Source: Candidatus Sericytochromatia bacterium (GTDB lineage: Bacteria; Cyanobacteriota; Sericytochromatia; S15B-MN24; JAQBPE01). Taken from it: a stretch of DNA of 24,242 bases. Position 1 is the first letter of the stretch; each line of letters starts with the position of its first letter. Under the pieces are notes generated by a model. It was not told the DNA's origin. It ran no database searches and was given only the letters and a program-made list of their open reading frames with translations. The position numbers and the translations under genes are program-made. The stretch spans positions 1 to 24,242 of the forward strand of contig JAYKHR010000078.1 in the NCBI GenBank assembly GCA_035285125.1, given 5' to 3'. Shown here in pieces: positions 17,392 through 24,242 of this stretch.

Positions 17392-19006
17392 GGGGCTCCA
17401 GGCTCCAGGCCCAGACGTTCCACAGGTTGCCCGCGCTGGTGGGGTTCGGTCGGAAGCCCTTCACACGCGCCTGCACGGCGTCCAGGGAGGTCCAGTACAG
17501 GAGCGGCACGTTGGGTGCCTCCTGCGCCAGGATTGTCGAGATCCGGCGGTAGAACACCTGGCGCTCGGCCTGCCGGAAGGTGCGGGTGGCGGCGATGAGC
17601 AGGCGGTCCACCTCGGGGTGCTTGAAGCGCGTCTGGTTGGCGCCGAGGGGGGGGATGCGGGTGGAATGCCACGTGTTCACGTTGTCGGGATCCGGCCCCG
17701 TGTCCCAGGCCCACATGGCCATCTCGAAGCGGCCACTCTTGAGCAGGCCGGCAGGCCAGGCGGCAAACAGGGTCACGCCCGGGTGGTTGTCGAGGCGCAC
17801 GTCGATGCCCACCTCGCGGAGGAAGTGCCGGATCAGCAGCTGCGCCGTCTCGCGGTTCTTCTTGCCCGCCGTGGTGGCCAGCGTGACCGAGAAGCGCCGG
17901 CCGTCGCGCGCGCGGACGCCGTCCGGGCCCGGCAGCCAGCCCGCCTGATCGAGCAGGCGACGGGCGCGAGCGGGGTCGAACGGCGTGTGCTGCGCGAGGC
18001 CGGGGTCGTAGGCCCAGGACAGGGGGTTCTGGTCGCTCCAGGCGGGCTTCCAGAGCCCGCCGTAGACCTTTTGCGACAGCAGCTCCTTGTCGATGGCGTG
18101 GGCGATGGCCCGCCGCACCCGCGCGTCGCGGAAGAAGGGCGACTCGGTGTTGAAGCTCAGGTGCTCCCAGAGCAGCGCCGGTGTCTCGTGCACCGTGACG
18201 CCGGGCACGCGCTGCAGCGTGTCGCGCTGGTTGAGGTTCACGCTCTGGTACACGTCGATGGCGCCATTCTTGAGCTGCACGAAGGCTGCGTTGTCGTCGG
18301 GCAGCACGCGGATCTCGAGCTGTTCGATGCCGGGCCGGCCCCGGAAGTACCGCGGGTTGGCCCGGTACAGCAGGCGCTCGCCCGAGCGCCACTCCACGAG
18401 CTCGAAGGGGCCCGTGCCGAGAGGGGCTCGGTTGAACGGGTCGGTGTTCAGGTCCTTGGACCGCTCGAGCCGGTGTGCCGGCAGGATGGCCTTGAACAGC
18501 TTGAGGTAAGGGGCATAGACCGCCTTGAAGTGCACGCGGGCCGTCAGCGCATCCGGGGTCTCGACGCGCGTCACGAGGTCGTAGCCCTCGCGCTCGACGA
18601 CGTGCACCGCCGGGGCTGCGAGGACACGGGCCGTGAACGCCACGTCCCGGCTCGTCAGGGGTTTGCCGTCGTGCCAGGAGACCCCGGGGCGCAGCTTGTA
18701 GGTCACGACCATCCCCGCCCCCTCGGCGCGGACACCCCCATTCTCGGGGGTCGGGACCTCGATCGCCAGGTCGGGCACGAAGCGCATCCGCTCGTCGACG
18801 GTGAGCAGGCCCGAGAAGATGGGCTGCCACGCGTCGGTGGCGGCGGACATCCCCGTCAGGAAGGGGTTCAGGCTGTCGGGCTCCTGGGGAGACCGCACGA
18901 TGACGGTGTCGGGTCGCGGCTGGCTGTCCGTCGCCCCGCAGCCGCCAAGTGGCCCGAAGGCCAGCAGCGCAGCCAGCAGGCACCAACGGGGGGAGTGCTC
19001 AGGCAC
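17378..19006 (-). CDS. Peptide/nickel ABC transporter substrate-binding lipoprotein (family 5, OppA/DppA-like), 542 aa
   Basis: Lipobox LGGC; motifs EPDSLNP, LRPGVSWHDGKPLTSRDVAFT, PLGTGPF, DARVRRAIAHAIDK. Confidence 0.95.
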   Translation of the reverse strand: MPEHSPRWCLLAALLAFGPLGGCGATDSQPRPDTVIVRSPQEPDSLNPFLTGMSAATDAWQPIFSGLLTVDERMRFVPDLAIEVPTPENGGVRAEGAGMVVTYKLRPGVSWHDGKPLTSRDVAFTARVLAAPAVHVVEREGYDLVTRVETPDALTARVHFKAVYAPYLKLFKAILPAHRLERSKDLNTDPFNRAPLGTGPFELVEWRSGERLLYRANPRYFRGRPGIEQLEIRVLPDDNAAFVQLKNGAIDVYQSVNLNQRDTLQRVPGVTVHETPALLWEHLSFNTESPFFRDARVRRAIAHAIDKELLSQKVYGGLWKPAWSDQNPLSWAYDPGLAQHTPFDPARARRLLDQAGWLPGPDGVRARDGRRFSVTLATTAGKKNRETAQLLIRHFLREVGIDVRLDNHPGVTLFAAWPAGLLKSGRFEMAMWAWDTGPDPDNVNTWHSTRIPPLGANQTRFKHPEVDRLLIAATRTFRQAERQVFYRRISTILAQEAPNVPLLYWTSLDAVQARVKGFRPNPTSAGNLWNVWAWSLEPLTAP

Positions 19007-19373
19007 GCAGGGCCTCCGCGATCGCCGCGGCGTCGCAGCCGATCACCAGGCGGTCGCCGATCCGCACCAGCGGGCGCCGGATCAGGCGGGGCTCCTGAAG
19101 CATCACCCCGATCAGCTCGCTGGCCGGCAGCGCATCCGGATCGAGGCCGAGCGCCCGCGCCGAGGGGCTGCGGTCGGAGAACAGCGCGCGCAGCGTGCGC
19201 AGCGCCGCGAGCGCCAGGAGCTCGTCCGCATCGAGGGGGTGGCGAAACACGTCGCGCTCCGTGAACGCCACGCCGTGGCCGCGCAGCACCTCCCGGGCCT
19301 TGTTGCACGTGGTGCACCCAGCCTTGACGTATAGACCGATGCGCTGCACGGGGCCCTCCTCGCGGTCGCTCAC
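18999..19373 (-). CDS. ArsC/Spx/MgsR family thioredoxin-fold protein (124 aa)
   Basis: Motifs LYVKAGCTTCNKARE, ERDVFRHPLDADEL, EPRLIRRPLV. An alternative GTG start at 19349 also has a good RBS. Confidence 0.9.
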   Translation of the reverse strand: MSDREEGPVQRIGLYVKAGCTTCNKAREVLRGHGVAFTERDVFRHPLDADELLALAALRTLRALFSDRSPSARALGLDPDALPASELIGVMLQEPRLIRRPLVRIGDRLVIGCDAAAIAEALRA

Positions 19374-19403
19374 TGCTTTCCCTCCGGCGCGTCCCCCTAA
19401 ACG

Positions 19404-19424
19404 GGTGCGGTATAATCACGCACC
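19404..19424 (+). promoter_or_regulatory. -10 TATAAT flanked by inverted repeat GGTGCG/CGCACC
   Basis: TATAAT at 19411-19416, 40 nt before ATG 19457; arms at 19404-19409 and 19419-19424. Confidence 0.6.
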
Positions 19425-19456
19425 GGCGCCCCGCCCCACGGAGTTTTCCCCATCCC

Positions 19457-22400
19457 ATGGCCGACAGCCAGCCTCCCGCCTCGGACGACGCCAGCTTCTC
19501 GTCCCAGCTGCTCGGCGAGTTCCTGCTAGAGCAGGGCCTCGTCACCGCGGAACAGCTCGCCGAGGCGCACCGCGTGCTGGTCCAGGCGCCGCGCCCCGAG
19601 GCTCTGAGCGTCGGGCCCGCCTTCGTGCCCTCCCACGACGGGCGGCAGCTGCACGTCTACGACGCGATGAAGGGGACGCGCTACGCGCACGTCGCCCTGA
19701 CGCCCGGGGAGGTCGGGGATGGCGCCGAGCAACCGACGGGCTGGGCGGCTTATGGCGATGGGCGCCTGCTGGTGGCGGATCCCACGGACATCTCGCCCAG
19801 GCGCTGGGTGGCGATCGGCGAGGCCCCCCGGCTCGGCCTCGTGACCTCGCCAGGGGGCGCCTTCCTCTACACGGGGGTCCCGCCGCGTGGCGCCACAAGC
19901 CCGCGCCTGCACGCCCTGCCCTCGCCCTGGCTCAACCCGCCGGGGGCGAGCGGGCCCCTCGATCTGTTCGTCTCGGCCCGGTGCGAGCTGCTCGTCGCGG
20001 CCAACCGCGGAGCGGGCACCGTGCACCTGGTCTCGGTGGAGAGTCTGGAACAACGCGGTGCCGTCGCCCTGCGCCCTGCCGGGCACGACCGGGGAATGGG
20101 CGTGGCCATCAGCCACGACATGCGCACGGCCTACCTGAGCGACGGGCTGACGCCACGCCTCGGCATCCTGGACCTGGCCACGCTGAAGCTCCGTCACCAG
20201 CTGTTCCCGACCGGCCCCCTGGGGTCGCTGATGATCGGCCCGGACGGCCACACGCTGCTGGCCTGCTTCTCCAAGGGGCCCCGCGAGATGGGCGTCCTCA
20301 GCATCTCCCTGCCCGACCTCCGGGTGAAGCACCTGCTGAACCTGCCTGGCAAGGGTGAGGGAGAGCGGCCCGGCCTGCCCCTCGTGCCCGCGCTCGACGG
20401 GGAGTCCGCGTTCCTCGTCACCTACTCGTTCGAGACGCGCGAGCCGCACCACGTCCTGCAACTCGACGTCGCCCGCCAGCGGGTGGTGCGCTCCCACGCC
20501 CTGCGGGAGATGCCGCTCACGGTGGCCCTGCCGGCGCCCCCGACGTGGTGCCCCGACGCCCCGGACGTGGGCACGGTGCTGCTCAGCTTCGGGCTCATCT
20601 CGGACGACGACTTGCGAACGGCCCGGGAGCACCTGGCGGGGGGGGGCGAGAGCCAGCTCTCGCTGCAGACCGTCCCGATCGCCCCTGAGGTGCTCGCGCG
20701 GCTCCCCGAGCGCCTCATCCGGGACAGGGGCGTTATCCCCCTCAACGAGATCGACGGCCACCTCGTGGTGGCCATGGGGAACGCCACGGATCCCCGGGCC
20801 CGGCAATTCGTGCTGGACCTGGCCGCCGGGCTGCCTGTCCGCGTGCTGCCGATGACGCCCACCGAGTTCGAGCTGTTCATGGCCGAGCGCTACCCGGCGC
20901 TGCTGGAGCGCCACCTGGCGCAGGCCGGCGGGGGGCTCACGCAGCCCTCGGGGCCCGCCGAGCTGACCACCGTCGTGCCGCAGGCCCCAGCGCCAGAGCC
21001 CCCCGCCGTGCCGACCGCGCAGGTGCCCAGCGCCGCTGACCGGTCCGTCGCGCGCGGTGCTGCTGCCGCGAAGCCGACGCCCGTGGCCCGGCCGCTGGCC
21101 GCGGACGACTGGGGTGACCTGCCCGGGAACCGCTTCCTGCTCATCAACCCCCTCAAGCGTCAGGTGGCCGAGCTCGACCGGACGGGGCGCTCCACGTGGC
21201 TCTACAGCCCCGAGGGCGACACCCTGACGCGGCGCTTCTCCGGCTTCGTCCACGCGGCCCGGCTCGCCGACGGGCACACGCTCGTGGTGGACCTCGGGGC
21301 GAACCGCGTGCTGGAGGTGAACCCGGCGCGGGAGGTGGTCTGGCACACCCACGAGGACGCCAAGCTCAAGAGTCCGCGGCACGCCGTGCGCCTCCCCACC
21401 GGGAGCACGCTCGTCGTCGACGCCGGCAACAACCGCTTGGTCGAGATCGACGCCCAGGGACGCCCAGCCTGGACCTACGGGGAGATGGGGTGCACGGGCA
21501 GCGGGCTCTTCAAGCCGGCGCACGTCAGCGTGCTCGGCAACGGCCGGTTGCTCGTGACGGACGCGGGCAACCACCGCGTCGTGGAGGTGGACCCGGCCAA
21601 GGGCGTGGTCTGGCAGTACGGCAACGTCGGCAACCGCCTCGGCGGCGGCCAGGGCGTCGGCCCCAACCAGCTGCAGGAGCCTTCGGCCGCCGAGCGGCTC
21701 GCGAGCGGGCACACGCTCGTCGTGGATGCAGGCAACCACCGCGTCGTCGAAGTCGATTCGCTCGGCTCCGTGGTCTGGACCTATCGCGTCGGGGGCGTGA
21801 CGGAGGGCCAGGGCGTCCGCGATCCCATCCTCGCGCGGCGCCTGGCCAGCGGCAACACCCTGGTGGCCGGCCGGCAGGGGATGTGCGAGGTCACGCCCGA
21901 CCTCGTCCTCGTGTGGGAATACCACCTGCTGCCGCCCACCACGACCAGCAAGGCGACGACCACGCGGCCCATGGCCGAGGTCGCGCCCGTGGCGACGGTC
22001 CCGGAGCACGCCTCTGCGGAGAGCGACGTGCCGCCAAACCTTCCTGCCACGTTCTTGCAGGCCGACCGCACGGGCCATCGCCTCTGGGAGGTCGATCGTG
22101 CCCGCGAGATCGTCTGGCAGTACACGGGCCTCGGCCAGGCCGGATCCGACGTGGGGCGGCTCGACCGGCCGCACCACGTGCGGCGCCTGCGCAGCGGCAA
22201 CAACCTCGTCACGGACTCCGGTCACCACCGGGTGATCGAGCTCTCGCCCGAGGGCCGGATCGTGTGGAGCTTCGGCGAGCCTGGGAAGCTCGGGGCGGGA
22301 GCCCATCAGCTGGCCAACCCGCGTAGCGCGGAGCGCCTGACGAACGGCAACACGCTCATCGCCGACCAGTCGAACAAGCGCGTCATCGAGGTGTCGCCGG

Positions 22401-22897
22401 CCGGCGAGATCGTGTGGCGCTTCGAAGGCGCCGCGCAGCGGCTGCAGGCCCCCACCCACGCCACCAAGCTGGTCAACGGCCACCTGCTGGTGGTCGATTG
22501 GGGCGCCCACATGGTCTACGAGGTCTCGACGGATGGTCGCGTGGTCTGGAGTCACGGCGAGCTTGGGCGCGCCAGCGACGACCCGCGCTGCCTCTTCCAC
22601 CCGGAGCATGCGATGCGGCTGCCCGACGGCAACACGCTCATCGCGGACACGCAGAACCACCGCGTCCTCGAGGTGTCGCCCGCCGGCGAGATCGTCTGGC
22701 AGTACGGCGGCGTGCCGGCAAGCTACCCGCGCGTGGGCCGCTTCGGCCTGCACCTGATGACGCCCATTGCAGCCTGGCGGCTGCCTGCCGGCCAGACCGT
22801 CGTGCAGCACGCCGGCAAGGGCCACGTGGTCGAGGTGGAGCCCGACCTCAGCATCGCCTACCAGTTCGCGCCGACCGCGGTGGGGGCGAAGGGCTGA
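19457..22897 (+). CDS. 1146-aa multidomain protein: MshEN-like motifs, beta-propeller, T2SSE_N domain, two six-bladed NHL-like propellers
   Basis: LLGEFLLEQGLVTAEQL and VGTVLLSFGLISDDDL; LPERLIRDRGVIPLNEIDGHLVVAMGN; twelve repeats of the type P-x2-A-x-RL-x2-G-x-TL-x2-D-x2-N-x-RV-x-EV-x6-VW-x-Y. No Walker A, signal peptide or TM helix seen. Confidence 0.88.
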   Translation: MADSQPPASDDASFSSQLLGEFLLEQGLVTAEQLAEAHRVLVQAPRPEALSVGPAFVPSHDGRQLHVYDAMKGTRYAHVALTPGEVGDGAEQPTGWAAYGDGRLLVADPTDISPRRWVAIGEAPRLGLVTSPGGAFLYTGVPPRGATSPRLHALPSPWLNPPGASGPLDLFVSARCELLVAANRGAGTVHLVSVESLEQRGAVALRPAGHDRGMGVAISHDMRTAYLSDGLTPRLGILDLATLKLRHQLFPTGPLGSLMIGPDGHTLLACFSKGPREMGVLSISLPDLRVKHLLNLPGKGEGERPGLPLVPALDGESAFLVTYSFETREPHHVLQLDVARQRVVRSHALREMPLTVALPAPPTWCPDAPDVGTVLLSFGLISDDDLRTAREHLAGGGESQLSLQTVPIAPEVLARLPERLIRDRGVIPLNEIDGHLVVAMGNATDPRARQFVLDLAAGLPVRVLPMTPTEFELFMAERYPALLERHLAQAGGGLTQPSGPAELTTVVPQAPAPEPPAVPTAQVPSAADRSVARGAAAAKPTPVARPLAADDWGDLPGNRFLLINPLKRQVAELDRTGRSTWLYSPEGDTLTRRFSGFVHAARLADGHTLVVDLGANRVLEVNPAREVVWHTHEDAKLKSPRHAVRLPTGSTLVVDAGNNRLVEIDAQGRPAWTYGEMGCTGSGLFKPAHVSVLGNGRLLVTDAGNHRVVEVDPAKGVVWQYGNVGNRLGGGQGVGPNQLQEPSAAERLASGHTLVVDAGNHRVVEVDSLGSVVWTYRVGGVTEGQGVRDPILARRLASGNTLVAGRQGMCEVTPDLVLVWEYHLLPPTTTSKATTTRPMAEVAPVATVPEHASAESDVPPNLPATFLQADRTGHRLWEVDRAREIVWQYTGLGQAGSDVGRLDRPHHVRRLRSGNNLVTDSGHHRVIELSPEGRIVWSFGEPGKLGAGAHQLANPRSAERLTNGNTLIADQSNKRVIEVSPAGEIVWRFEGAAQRLQAPTHATKLVNGHLLVVDWGAHMVYEVSTDGRVVWSHGELGRASDDPRCLFHPEHAMRLPDGNTLIADTQNHRVLEVSPAGEIVWQYGGVPASYPRVGRFGLHLMTPIAAWRLPAGQTVVQHAGKGHVVEVEPDLSIAYQFAPTAVGAKG
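21128..22870 (+). repeat. Twelve protein-level propeller-blade repeats in two blocks of six
   Basis: Block 1 is ~21128-21922 and block 2 is ~22045-22870, separated by a Thr/Pro/Ala linker. Near-identical DNA GAGGTGTCGCC(G/C)GCCGGCGAGATCGT occurs at ~22388 and ~22670. Confidence 0.85.
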
Positions 22898-23020
22898 GGG
22901 AGCGCCTCCAGCCACTGCGACGCGCCGGGCTGGGCGTCGAGTGCAAGGAACGATGAGGGAGCGTACCGGAAGTACGCGACCGAAGAGCGACGCCGCAATC
23001 GGCGTCCAGACCAAGCGTCG

Positions 23021-24241
23021 CTAACGCTCGGCGCCCCAACCCCGCTGGTAGTACCTCAACAGCACGGGCGAGAAGGCCCTGTTGATGGCGAGGCCCGGGG
23101 CGATCGCATCGTCCTCGTCGCGCCCGAAGTGGAACAGGCCCGGCGCCAGCTCGGGCGTGAGGTAGCGCGTCGCCACCGGGAAGCGCCAGGGCGGGTTCGG
23201 GAGCACGCGTGGGCTGCCGATCACGAAGCCCCAGTCGCCGAAGGTCGGGACGTCCAGGTGGTAGTGCTGGGTGGCGAGGCCGGCGGCGGCCACGGTGCGA
23301 GCGATGCACCAGTAGGCCTCGCGGGCGAAGTACGGCGAGCTGGCCTGCACCACGAGGGCCCCGCTCGGGCGGAGGTGGCGGGCGGCGAGGGCGTAGAACT
23401 CGCGGGTGTAGAGCTTGACGAGGGCTTCGGCGTTGGGGTCGGGCAGGTCGATGACGAGCATGTCGTAGCGCGCGCGGTCCTGCCGCAGGTGGACGAGCGC
23501 GTCGAGGTGGTGGGCGTGGAGCCGGGGGTTGCCCAGGCTGCCTCCGTTCAGGGCCGTGAGCGCAGGGTGCGTGCGGTGCAAACGCGTCATCGCCGGGTCG
23601 AGATCCACCAGGTCGATGCGGCGCACGGCGTCATACTTCAGCAGCTCTCGCGCCGCAAGCCCGTCGCCGCCCCCGAGCACGAGCACGTCGCGCGGCACCG
23701 CCCCGAGGCGGGCGATGGGCACGTGGATGAGGGCCTCGTGGTAGCGGTGCTCGTCGAGCGACGAGTACTGCAGGTTGCCGTTGATGAAGAGCCGCAGGTC
23801 GTGGTCCTCGTGCGTCACCGTGAGGCGCTGGTACAGCGTCTGCTCGGTGTGCACGATGCGGTCGCGGTAGAGCCCCTGCTCGAGGGCTTCCTCTAGCTGA
23901 GGGGCCTGGCTGAAGGCCCAGGCCAGCGCGGCGATCGTGAGCGTGGCACCCGCCGCGACGGGCCGCCGAGAGCGCGCGAAGCGCGGCGCGTAGGCGACCA
24001 TGCCGAGGACCACCACCAGGGCGTTCAGCAGGCCCGTCAGCAGCGCGGCCTTGATCAGGCCGAGGTGGGGCAGCATCAGGAGCGGGAAGGCCAGCGAGCC
24101 GGCCAGGCCTCCGACGTAGTCCAGGCTCAGCACGTAGGCGGCGTTGTAGCGAAGCTCCTCCCGGTGCTCCAGCAGGCGCAGCAGCAGGGGGATCTCGACG
24201 CCCACCATGGTGCCGATGGCGAGCGTCAGGCCGTACTGCAG
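23021..24241 (-). CDS. speE: Polyamine aminopropyltransferase (spermidine synthase) with N-terminal membrane domain; N-terminus lies beyond the right edge
   Basis: The frame is open to the edge (LQYGLTLAIGTMVGVEIPLL). Motifs LFINGNLQYSSLDEHRYHEAL, VLVLGGGDGLAARELLK, VDLDP, IDLPDP, VPTFGDWGF. Confidence 0.95.
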   Translation of the reverse strand: MQYGLTLAIGTMVGVEIPLLLRLLEHREELRYNAAYVLSLDYVGGLAGSLAFPLLMLPHLGLIKAALLTGLLNALVVVLGMVAYAPRFARSRRPVAAGATLTIAALAWAFSQAPQLEEALEQGLYRDRIVHTEQTLYQRLTVTHEDHDLRLFINGNLQYSSLDEHRYHEALIHVPIARLGAVPRDVLVLGGGDGLAARELLKYDAVRRIDLVDLDPAMTRLHRTHPALTALNGGSLGNPRLHAHHLDALVHLRQDRARYDMLVIDLPDPNAEALVKLYTREFYALAARHLRPSGALVVQASSPYFAREAYWCIARTVAAAGLATQHYHLDVPTFGDWGFVIGSPRVLPNPPWRFPVATRYLTPELAPGLFHFGRDEDDAIAPGLAINRAFSPVLLRYYQRGWGAER

Positions 24242-24242
24242 C

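Noticed and set aside
18999..19373. Arsenic resistance locus
   Set aside because: No arsR, arsB or acr3 nearby; the CxxC form is closer to Spx/YffB-type proteins.
21128..22870. DNA repeats as a possible CRISPR array or DGR template/variable repeat
   Set aside because: The repeats are in-frame, degenerate propeller blades, and there is no cas or reverse transcriptase gene in the window.
19526..23014. 1162-aa antisense ORF, and similar long shadow ORFs (167-2011, 2128-3639, 6581-8269, 10135-11748, 12679-15309, 17258-19264)
   Set aside because: They lie opposite or across well-supported genes, have no motifs, and are expected from stop-codon scarcity in very high-GC DNA.
22898..23020. Short inverted repeats between the convergent propeller gene and speE (GCGTAC/GTACGC; AGCGACGC/GCGTCGCT)
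   Set aside because: Short, without a U tract, and compatible with chance or weak termination; not enough to call.

Overview
Very GC-rich bacterial chromosomal segment with 17 supportable CDSs, two of them cut by the window edges. I recognise no tRNA, rRNA, CRISPR array or mobile element. Gene order: Pro-rich protein with a transglutaminase/papain-like Cys motif (partial, absent from the ORF track); SAM methyltransferase; mdh; GT4 glycosyltransferase; ~600-bp structured intergenic region; small basic, possibly MucR/Ros-like protein; secreted hypothetical; ClpE-type Clp ATPase; Amidase_3 amidase; S8 subtilase lipoprotein; permuted papain-like (YiiX-type) protein; MltA; HtpX; large nitroreductase-fold protein; lipoprotein; orphan OppA-type binding protein; Spx/ArsC-family protein; 1146-aa MshEN/T2SSE_N plus multi-beta-propeller protein; membrane-type spermidine synthase (partial). 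The gene style suggests a non-photosynthetic cyanobacterial relative such as Ca. Sericytochromatia, but this is inference only. The most notable items are the candidate nucleoid protein with its adjacent multi-hairpin region and sigma54-like motif, HAIR (HspR)-like operators over the clpE and htpX promoters, the ATPase-less MshEN-propeller protein, and the nitroreductase with a large insertion. All calls come from reading motifs by eye; no searches were run.
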